IMG/VR virus record: IMGVR_UViG_3300045921_000730
Location: 180,294 to 244,293 of that record
Direction: 5' to 3' (one strand)
Length of the DNA stretch: 64,000 nt
Shown: one piece after another, positions 56,510-64,000 of the stretch
Position numbering within the stretch: the stretch's first letter is position 1
How the letters are laid out: each line of letters begins with the position of its first letter
The notes under the pieces: generated by a model
Databases searched by the model: none
Told to the model about the DNA's origin: nothing
Seen by the model: the letters and a program-made list of their open reading frames with translations, nothing else
Position numbers and translations under genes: made by a program

Positions 56510-58089
56510 TCTCAGTGGACGATATTATCAAACAAATAAAACAAATAGTTGTGCTGCATGATGGAAGAGTGTCTCCAAAAGCAGCACAACTTCTTTTAAC
56601 GAAGAATAAACAACTATATGATTTTTTGTTTGAAAAAACAAACTTTCTCGATGAAAAAGCATCGATAACACATCGGATTTATTGTTTAGAACATAACATT
56701 ACATCACCTCCTATCTGTAAGGTATGTGGTAAAAAGACCAAGTTTCAAACATCAAAAAAACAATATAGTGATTTTTGTTCGGTTCAGTGTGCAACACGAA
56801 GCAATCAAACAATCAAAAAACGAAAACGAACAAACATTAAAAAGTATGGTAATTGTGTTCCAGCAAATGTTTTGCACAGCACGAAACAAACAATGCTTAA
56901 AAAGTATGGTGTAGAAAAACCGCTGCAAGCTATAAAGTTTCAGCAAAAAAGAAAAAATACACTAATACAAAAATATGGTACTGATAATACAAACCTTGTT
57001 CCTGAAATTCTAGAAAAAAGAAAAAATACCAGCATAAAACGTTATGGCACAGAGCATACATCACAACGATTAATCGCACATGCGATTGAATATCTAAATA
57101 ATCGTGAATGGCTTACAAAAGAACATATTACAAACAAAAAATCATGTGTTGCAATAGCAAACGAATTAAACGTTGGTGTAACAACTGTAACAAATGCGAT
57201 TAATAGATTGCAGTTATTACAAACATCCAATCGCTCTTCATATGAACACGAACTCAGCGATTTTTTGCAATCATACAATATAGAACACACAATAAACGAT
57301 AGAACTATTATCTTTCCCAAAGAACTTGATATATATTGTCAATCTTATAATCTAGCAATAGAGATATGCGGACACTATTGGCACAGTGAACTCAACGGAA
57401 AAGATAAAAACTATCATTTAAATAAAACGCTACTTTGCAATGAAAAACAAATACGACTAATACAAATATTTGAACATGAATGGGTGAATAAAAACGACAT
57501 TGTGAAACAAAGACTGTTGCATATATTCAAAAAAACAGAAACAAAAATACACGGACGCAAGTGTATTGTAAGACCGATTGAGTCGAGTGAAGCAAAAAAG
57601 TTCATCAACAAGAATCATATCCAAGGATATGCACCAGCATCTCATTATATTGGTTTGTTTTATCAACAAACGTTGGTCGGATGTGCTACTTTTGGTAAAG
57701 CAAGATATTCAAACCATCAATGGGAATTAATTAGATTGTGTTTTTCACAACCTGTGAGCGGTGGCAGCGGAAAACTTTTTTCGTTTTTTGTGAAACAATA
57801 TGCTCCACACACCATTGTCTCTTATAGTGATAAGAGATGGAATACAGGTAACGTTTATCAGCAACTTGGGTTCACACATCAGGGAACGTCTCGACCTGGA
57901 TATTTTTATTTTCATGTTTATAAACCACTTTTGTTACATTCACGGATCAATTTTCAAAAACATAAATTGAAATTGTTATTTGAAAATTACAATGATCAAT
58001 TAACAGAATGGGAGAACATGAAAAATAACGGTTATGATAGAATATGGGATTGTGGGAATGATGTATGGGTATGGACTAATCCGTGTTGA
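56458..58089 (+). CDS. Free-standing homing-endonuclease-like protein (start uncertain)
   Basis: CKVC...CSVQC zinc motif, KRK.T.IKKYG repeats, ELDIY...AIE..G.YWH nuclease-like block, C-terminal GNAT-like domain. Confidence 0.6.
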   Translation: MECNRCYLKRDSGRSKIISVDDIIKQIKQIVVLHDGRVSPKAAQLLLTKNKQLYDFLFEKTNFLDEKASITHRIYCLEHNITSPPICKVCGKKTKFQTSKKQYSDFCSVQCATRSNQTIKKRKRTNIKKYGNCVPANVLHSTKQTMLKKYGVEKPLQAIKFQQKRKNTLIQKYGTDNTNLVPEILEKRKNTSIKRYGTEHTSQRLIAHAIEYLNNREWLTKEHITNKKSCVAIANELNVGVTTVTNAINRLQLLQTSNRSSYEHELSDFLQSYNIEHTINDRTIIFPKELDIYCQSYNLAIEICGHYWHSELNGKDKNYHLNKTLLCNEKQIRLIQIFEHEWVNKNDIVKQRLLHIFKKTETKIHGRKCIVRPIESSEAKKFINKNHIQGYAPASHYIGLFYQQTLVGCATFGKARYSNHQWELIRLCFSQPVSGGSGKLFSFFVKQYAPHTIVSYSDKRWNTGNVYQQLGFTHQGTSRPGYFYFHVYKPLLLHSRINFQKHKLKLLFENYNDQLTEWENMKNNGYDRIWDCGNDVWVWTNPC

Positions 58090-58114
58090 TTAATAACAAC
58101 ATTTACAATATAAT
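58086..58114 (+). promoter_or_regulatory. Sigma70-like promoter
   Basis: TTGATT-17-TATAAT. Confidence 0.65.
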
Positions 58115-58142
58115 TTAAATTTAACAAACAAAGGTTAATAAT

Positions 58143-58529
58143 ATGTTTACAATCAAAATTAAAAAAACAGAAACTGATTCTACTCGTTTTCAATTACGAA
58201 TTCCAACGCTTGGCGAATGGCTAAAAAATGTTGAAGAAATGTATAATGACAGCACCAAATATGAAGGTTATGTTGTGTACTTAGATTTTTCGGTTACCGA
58301 TATTGTTAATCCAGCTGCACTACGTCTTGCGCAATATGTAAACATTCAACATCCACTAACAGTGTATATTACAAACGAAGAAACTAACGAAACGACAGTT
58401 TTGAAAAATGTTCACCTTCGTGACGTTATTGTCTACAATAAAGAATTATATGACCAAAACTCCAAATCAATTACTATGGAGCTTGAGTTTCAAACATTAA
58501 CAAAATTATTGGAAGTGAAAGGGGGATAA
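58143..58529 (+). CDS. Hypothetical protein
   Basis: 128-aa ORF behind a promoter. Confidence 0.6.
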   Translation: MFTIKIKKTETDSTRFQLRIPTLGEWLKNVEEMYNDSTKYEGYVVYLDFSVTDIVNPAALRLAQYVNIQHPLTVYITNEETNETTVLKNVHLRDVIVYNKELYDQNSKSITMELEFQTLTKLLEVKGG

Positions 58530-58530
58530 A

Positions 58531-58716
58531 ATGACGTTTAATATTAATCAAACGGATCGTTTTATTCGATTATTAATTTCAATTATTGTAGGTTTGGGTA
58601 TAATTATTGGACAATTTCCTGTAGAATGGATTTTACTTTCGTTTGTATTATTGATAACAGCAGCATTCAAGTTTTGTCCAGCATACAAGATTGTAGATCT
58701 GTTAAAGAACCGATAA
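58531..58716 (+). CDS. DUF2892/YgaP-like membrane protein
   Basis: NI..TDR.IR, two TM helices, FCPAY. Confidence 0.7.
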   Translation: MTFNINQTDRFIRLLISIIVGLGIIIGQFPVEWILLSFVLLITAAFKFCPAYKIVDLLKNR

Positions 58717-58726
58717 GAGGAATATT

Positions 58727-59797
58727 ATGAGAATAATTGAGGATACCAAGCTAGATTTTAGAGATGTATTAATTGTACCAAAACGTTCCGAAAAAAATAG
58801 TCGTAAAGAAGTAGATCTGACAAGACAGTTTACTTTCAAATATAGCAAGCATCAATGGAAAGGAATTCCAATCATTGCTGCAAACATGGATACGGTTGGT
58901 ACATTTGAAATGTTATATTCATTAACATCTTACAATATGCTAACTTGTATTCACAAACATTATTCTTTTGAAAGATGGGAACAAACAATATCTGAATTAA
59001 AAAAATTAATGTTGCGAGATATATATTATCAACATATTGTGTATAGTCTTGGAACAAGTGAAGATGAGTTTGAAAAACTAATTCAAATAAACGACATCCT
59101 TTTTGATGTTCGTACCATTTGCATCGACATTGCAAACGGATATAGTCAACACATTTTACATTTTGTCGAAAAAGTAAGAACAAAATTTCCCGAAAAAATT
59201 ATCATTGCTGGAAACGTCGTAACGCCTGAAATGACAGAAGCGTTGATTTTGGCTGGTGCTGATGTCGTAAAGGTCGGTATTGGTGGTGGGTCAGTGTGTA
59301 CAACAAGAATTAAAACTGGCGTTGGATACCCACAACTTTCTGCTGTAATTGAATGCGGTGATGCAGCACACGGACTGAAAGGACATATCATTAGCGATGG
59401 TGGATGTACAAATTCTGGTGATATCGCAAAAGCGTTTGGTGGTGGTGCTGATTTTGTAATGTTGGGCGGAATGCTAGCAGGACATGATGAAGCAGGTGAA
59501 GAAAATATCGTGTATGATGGTGTAGAAATAAAAGGCGTTCGCTTCTATGGGATGAGTTCCAACGCAGCCATGGAAAAACATTATGGGGGAGTAGCAGATT
59601 ATCGTGCTGCAGAAGGGAAAGAAGTCCTGGTTCCATACAAAGGAAGCGTCAAAAATACATTACAAGATATCTTGGGTGGCGTAAGAAGCGCTTGTACATA
59701 CATTGGTGCGTCTTCAATTAAAGAAGTACCAAAAAGAACAACGTTTGTAAAAGTGCACCAACAATACAATCCAGTTTATGATAAATATATTAAATAA
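58727..59797 (+). CDS. guaC: GMP reductase
   Basis: [36 protein letters not shown] and EGK.V motifs. Confidence 0.92.
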   Translation: MRIIEDTKLDFRDVLIVPKRSEKNSRKEVDLTRQFTFKYSKHQWKGIPIIAANMDTVGTFEMLYSLTSYNMLTCIHKHYSFERWEQTISELKKLMLRDIYYQHIVYSLGTSEDEFEKLIQINDILFDVRTICIDIANGYSQHILHFVEKVRTKFPEKIIIAGNVVTPEMTEALILAGADVVKVGIGGGSVCTTRIKTGVGYPQLSAVIECGDAAHGLKGHIISDGGCTNSGDIAKAFGGGADFVMLGGMLAGHDEAGEENIVYDGVEIKGVRFYGMSSNAAMEKHYGGVADYRAAEGKEVLVPYKGSVKNTLQDILGGVRSACTYIGASSIKEVPKRTTFVKVHQQYNPVYDKYIK

Positions 59798-59810
59798 ACG
59801 GAGAAAACAG

Positions 59811-60188
59811 ATGGATTTATTAAAAACGTTGATAAAAGAATTTGAAGACCAATCTGAAAAAAATAGTTTATTAGATACTGATCAAATTTACAAACTAATT
59901 AAATTCGATGACGAAAAAGAAACTGAGCAACAAAATCGTCAGGGTATAATTCGTCATGTACCAAATGCACAATTAGTTTATAAAAGAAAAACAGAAGATG
60001 GTACATACGAAGAATTATGGATTTATAATATCAATAATATTAAAACACAAAAAAATGTTCGTGAAGCAATCCTTGCTGGTACCGATATTGTTCCGAATCA
60101 AACGACAAGTGAAGACAACAAACAATATGCTGAAACATGGACTTCCGGAAACATTGAGCTATTAAAAATTAACGGTCTACCCAACTGA
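59811..60188 (+). CDS. Hypothetical protein
   Basis: ATG 59811 follows a GGAG RBS. Confidence 0.6.
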   Translation: MDLLKTLIKEFEDQSEKNSLLDTDQIYKLIKFDDEKETEQQNRQGIIRHVPNAQLVYKRKTEDGTYEELWIYNINNIKTQKNVREAILAGTDIVPNQTTSEDNKQYAETWTSGNIELLKINGLPN

Positions 60189-60200
60189 AAGGGAGCACAG

Positions 60201-60455
60201 GTGAATAAGTTAGAAACATACATACAACAATATTTGCAACAGCTTTTAATTGAAGCAGCCTCGTATAGAAAAAAAGCGAACCAAAGTAAGACTCAAACAA
60301 CAAAAAATTATTATATGAAAAAATTAAACAAGCTCACACCTCAAATTCAACGATTGGTTTTACAGTTACAAACAATTCAACCAAGTACTTCGACACAATC
60401 AACAAACGAACATTCAACAAATGAAACAAACGCAACAACAGATCTCATGGCCTGA
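60201..60455 (+). CDS. Hypothetical protein
   Basis: GTG start after GGAG. Confidence 0.5.
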   Translation: MNKLETYIQQYLQQLLIEAASYRKKANQSKTQTTKNYYMKKLNKLTPQIQRLVLQLQTIQPSTSTQSTNEHSTNETNATTDLMA

Positions 60456-60846
60456 ACTAATAATTACGGCCGAAGGACTAAAAGAACAATTTACAGAAAT
60501 TGTGATTAAAACTCTAAAACAAGCATTTATTGAAAATGTTTATGATATAGTTTGGTCAAATTTTTATAATAATCATGAAGACATAACGACAGAAAAAATT
60601 GACATAAAAGTAGAAGAACTTATACGAAACAATAAAGCACCATTAATAAGCGAATATCTTTGGAGGACTCCAGAAAATCAGATAGAAGTTGTATTGAACA
60701 AAGAAAAAATCAATGATGATGTAATATGGGAAGTGATGGAAATTATTTCTAATAATTTAGAAAAGTTATCAAACAATAACTTTGTTCCTCTCGGAAAACC
60801 GCTCTCATTTACTTCACATGAACTAGCTCACCTTTTTCGCCAATAG
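60421..60846 (+). CDS. Hypothetical protein
   Basis: 141-aa ORF. Confidence 0.55.
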   Translation: MKQTQQQISWPELIITAEGLKEQFTEIVIKTLKQAFIENVYDIVWSNFYNNHEDITTEKIDIKVEELIRNNKAPLISEYLWRTPENQIEVVLNKEKINDDVIWEVMEIISNNLEKLSNNNFVPLGKPLSFTSHELAHLFRQ

Positions 60847-61612
60847 GTTTTCTTGCTTCTCTTAGAATAATTTGCAAATACCAAATAATATCAAAGATAT
60901 TAGGAACAATTCTCTTTTTTTCTTCGCCATAATATGGTGTAGAAAACCGTTCAATTAAAGTTCTAATTTGCTCGTCTTTTTCTTTTTCGTACCAAAACAA
61001 TTTAATAATTTCAAACATTTCTTGTTTTTGTCTATCAAGTACACCGAAATATCCCGTCTCTTCTATACCAAACGTAAAGATATTTTCTGCAGGTGAATTT
61101 TTTTCACGAATAATGTAAAAAATATAATTTTCCTCTGTTAATTTTTTTGCTTCTAATAATTCTATCGGTTTATTTCCTAACCAATGATTCCAGCTAATCC
61201 ATTTTGAATAGTACATATCGGGTCTTGATGGAATATCTGGTGGTCTTTTTCCGTCATGACAAAATTGTTTCCAGTCTTCATATGTTTTTAATTGCTGCTT
61301 GTGCACAAAAGCGATTGCTTCTTCGTATGGACGATATGTTTTTAATTCACCAAATTTATTTTCTGTTCCTAAAAAGTCATTCCATGTTGTCCATTCTTTG
61401 TACACTCTTGCTGGGAAACGAGGAATATTTCTTGGTCTATTAATTTTCCACCACTCTTCATATTTGTTAACAGACGTCAACAACTCATCACGAACAATTT
61501 TTTGAGCCTCCAAAAATGGAAGAAAGTTCTTTTTCTTTCTTCCACGTTTCTTTGCGGCTTCTTTTTTTGCTCGATGTTCAGCAAGTTTTTCTTCCAATGT
61601 TTTTTTCGTCAT
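60809..61612 (-). CDS. Protein with two phage-integrase-type repeat units
   Basis: F.EA...V....L.S...Y..W...IP..P...Y..W..W..FLG occurs twice; no catalytic integrase motif seen. Confidence 0.65.
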   Translation of the reverse strand: MTKKTLEEKLAEHRAKKEAAKKRGRKKKNFLPFLEAQKIVRDELLTSVNKYEEWWKINRPRNIPRFPARVYKEWTTWNDFLGTENKFGELKTYRPYEEAIAFVHKQQLKTYEDWKQFCHDGKRPPDIPSRPDMYYSKWISWNHWLGNKPIELLEAKKLTEENYIFYIIREKNSPAENIFTFGIEETGYFGVLDRQKQEMFEIIKLFWYEKEKDEQIRTLIERFSTPYYGEEKKRIVPNIFDIIWYLQIILREARKPIGEKGELVHVK

Positions 61613-61702
61613 ATTTTAATACCCTAAAAAATAAAAAAATATATCATATAAATGAGATATATACATTATATTTACAACAACAAAAAACAAAGATTCCGGT
61701 AC

Positions 61703-62137
61703 ATGAAAAAGATAAAACCCCCCGAACTGATTGTAGAACCACATCCTAAAGAATACAGAGGATATCCTTTCATTACATTGATAATGTATAGAAAGCATCA
61801 TATTCTTACAATTATTGATAACAGTGATCAGCAAAACATATATGGTTATGTTCTTGATTACTGTAATGCAGAAAATATTGATGAAGAAATATTGATATTG
61901 ACAGCAGCTGAATGGTTTGAGACCAACAAAACAAAATATCCGTTATCAATTGAATTTTCAAAAAGAGGATTAACAAAAAACTTCAGTAAAATCTACAAAA
62001 CGTTCAATATTGAATATGTATCAAGAGTGATTGGACCGCTTCCTCATTTTCCCATGGGAACATCTGCAATAAAATCAATAAAAAGACGAAGAAAAAAGCA
62101 GATACAACCAACAATAGAAATTATCAAAAAGTCTTAA
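61703..62137 (+). CDS. Hypothetical phage protein
   Basis: ATG 61703 is the likelier start; basic C-terminal tail. Confidence 0.6.
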   Translation: MKKIKPPELIVEPHPKEYRGYPFITLIMYRKHHILTIIDNSDQQNIYGYVLDYCNAENIDEEILILTAAEWFETNKTKYPLSIEFSKRGLTKNFSKIYKTFNIEYVSRVIGPLPHFPMGTSAIKSIKRRRKKQIQPTIEIIKKS

Positions 62138-62166
62138 AAGTTCACAAAAACAAAATTGGCAAGTGT

Positions 62167-62517
62167 TTAAAATCTTGACAAATGTTTAATCATTTTAAAC
62201 TTTTCTTTGTAAGAAACACTTTCTTGTTGTACCTTTTCCCCATCATATGCATACTTTAATCCATCTTCTGTCAATTCACCGTTTTCATCAATCAGTGCAT
62301 GGTCAATCATTACTTGTTTGCCAGAATCAGTAATTGTTGCACCTTTATTTTCATCATATGTTATTAGTCCAAGGTCAACTAAAATATCTCTTGCTGCAAC
62401 AATGTTAACATTGCCTGAAATTCTTTCACCAGCAACAACAGGCGTTTCACTTGCAACAATTGTTGTCATTACTTTTTTCTGATGGTCTGTCAATCTTACA
62501 GTCGGTAAAACGCTCAT
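62167..62517 (-). CDS. Hypothetical protein
   Basis: 116-aa ORF with GGAG RBS. Confidence 0.6.
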   Translation of the reverse strand: MSVLPTVRLTDHQKKVMTTIVASETPVVAGERISGNVNIVAARDILVDLGLITYDENKGATITDSGKQVMIDHALIDENGELTEDGLKYAYDGEKVQQESVSYKEKFKMIKHLSRF

Positions 62518-62520
62518 AAG

Positions 62521-62796
62521 TTACTCCATATCTCCTGCTCTATCTCCACTCTTTGTCATATTGAAAAACATGTTTGATACAACATAATCATAATATTTTT
62601 TGTCAGCAAACGTTTTACCTCTATTCCATTGTAAATCAGTACCATCATCATGAATATGATCATGTGGTTTACCGGGCTTTTCTTTACTTTTTACAGAATG
62701 TATTTTTTTAACAAGCTCGTTGTTTCTTTCAGTTTTTGATCTTGTCATCTTTGCTTTTTCTGTAATTATTTCCAAAAATTCTTTCAACAACACCAC
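62521..62796 (-). CDS. Hypothetical protein (start uncertain)
   Basis: 91-aa ORF. Confidence 0.5.
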   Translation of the reverse strand: MVLLKEFLEIITEKAKMTRSKTERNNELVKKIHSVKSKEKPGKPHDHIHDDGTDLQWNRGKTFADKKYYDYVVSNMFFNMTKSGDRAGDME

Positions 62797-62820
62797 GACA
62801 TAAATCCTTCTTTTGATAAT

Positions 62821-63025
62821 ATGAACTACCGCGTAGCTAAAGACGACGCGGTTTCCGAACTCATCGACCCAGCTAACATCACCGGCGCCTCCTTCGGTTT
62901 TTGTTTAGAGTCCGACTGCGTTCCACAACCAGACATTTTATTTATGACTACAAATTAATTAGATATCAATAGGCCGATTCATCCATGTGATTGAAGATCA
63001 CGTGGTTTTCTCAGCCCTGAAGATG
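62821..63025 (-). mobile_element. Non-autonomous IS605 element with orphan omegaRNA, copy D
   Basis: Minus-strand TTAT at 63026-63029, left hairpin, ATAAATA at 62939-62945; scaffold differs from that of tnpB element 1 at about 5 positions in ~117 nt. Confidence 0.88.
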
Positions 63026-63042
63026 ATAAAGTATTTATATTT

Positions 63043-63381
63043 TCATGATATCATTTTCAATAGTTTTTCTGTTTCTAAAAGTTTTTTGTTGTGTTCATCC
63101 TTTGCGGTTGTGAATATATCTTTCTCCCAACACCCGCCTCTTTTACTTTGAACGAATTCATGTTGCTTTTGAGAAACACGAATTTCTTTAATTTCACGTA
63201 TCTTGACAATAATATCACTGTTATTACCATCATTGATATTATATTCTGTCCTATACTTTTTTGCCCAGTTTTGCATCGATTTTTCAGAAACAAACAGCCT
63301 CATTCCTTGATACTCAAGGATGTTTTTTTCTTTATTATTTTTCCAAACTGGAAGTCCGTAAAGTACGTATATGATTGCCAT
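63043..63381 (-). CDS. Hypothetical protein
   Basis: 112-aa ORF. Confidence 0.55.
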   Translation of the reverse strand: MAIIYVLYGLPVWKNNKEKNILEYQGMRLFVSEKSMQNWAKKYRTEYNINDGNNSDIIVKIREIKEIRVSQKQHEFVQSKRGGCWEKDIFTTAKDEHNKKLLETEKLLKMIS

Positions 63382-63444
63382 TTATTTTTTGTTGTTTTAC
63401 CATTCACTATTTACACAGGAAAATCCATTAATATATATTACCCT

Positions 63445-63562
63445 TTTTTTATATATCCCCGTATAGAAGTATATAACCAAAAAATAAATCTTCAATTTTC
63501 TATAGAAATTTAGTTCTCAGGAAAAAAAATTTTTTTATATATCCCCGTATAGAAGTATATAA
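63445..63562. repeat. Two copies of a 32-bp direct repeat
   Basis: TTTTTTATATATCCCCGTATAGAAGTATATAA at 63445-63476 and 63531-63562. Confidence 0.9.
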
Positions 63563-63693
63563 TTGATACGTCAACCTTTAAAATTGTCTAGAAAAAATAA
63601 ATCTGCAAGAAAAAATTTTTTGAAAAGGGGGTAATATTAATATTGAAATGTATAACTGATGTTAAACCTTGTAAGCGATTTAGATGTATGTTC

Positions 63694-63925
63694 AATGTTT
63701 TTGTTATGTGATCAATGTTTTTGTTGTGTGATAAATGTTTTTGTTATGTGATCAATGTTTTTGTTATGTGATAAATGTTTTTGTTATGTGATCAATGTTT
63801 TTGTTATGTGATCAATGTTTTTGTTATGTGATAAATGTTTTTGTTATGTGATCAATGTTTTTGTTATGTGATAAATGTTTTTGTTATGTGATCAATGTTT
63901 TTGTTATGTGATCAATGTTTTTGTT
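63694..63925. repeat. 20-bp tandem array, 11 full units plus a partial one
   Basis: AATGTTTTTGTTATGTGAT(C/A), no spacers. Confidence 0.95.
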
Positions 63926-64000
63926 GAAAAAACGTATACAGAGAAGTATATTAATGTAATTTGTGAAAAAACTGCCCCTCCACCATGATTATATGGAGAA

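Noticed and set aside
63694-63925. CRISPR array
   Set aside because: Units are contiguous with no unique spacers, and there are no cas genes in the window.

Overview
This is a 64 kb slice of an AT-rich, T4-related jumbo myophage genome, mostly coded on the + strand. It holds two large virion regions (about 1-23.9 kb and 35-47 kb) with modular tail fibres, three RCC1 beta-propeller proteins, gp38-like glycine-rich adhesins, 2OG-Fe(II) oxygenases and a glycosyl/methyltransferase. A replication and recombination block (24-35 kb) carries SSB, UvsX, UvsY, UvsW, GroES, clamp loader and half of a split minimal DnaE; the other half lies at 48.9 kb. A translation and nucleotide-metabolism block (49.6-59.8 kb) carries a Pth2-like gene, a QueD-like gene, tRNA-Ala, FolE2 and GuaC. 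The window ends in a non-coding, iteron-like 20-bp repeat array. The most unusual feature is an IS200/IS605 system with no tnpA in the window: two tnpB genes with intact RuvC motifs, five tnpB-less omegaRNA copies and four ~50-bp single-hairpin elements. Four of the orphan omegaRNAs have a T4-type late-promoter motif (ATAAATA) immediately in front of the scaffold, and each has a different downstream guide. Two elements sit back-to-back inside what reassembles in frame as a phage ribosomal protein bL33 gene. The second tnpB element abuts a lone 3' half of tRNA-Pro. All alignments and counts were made by eye; no database search was run.
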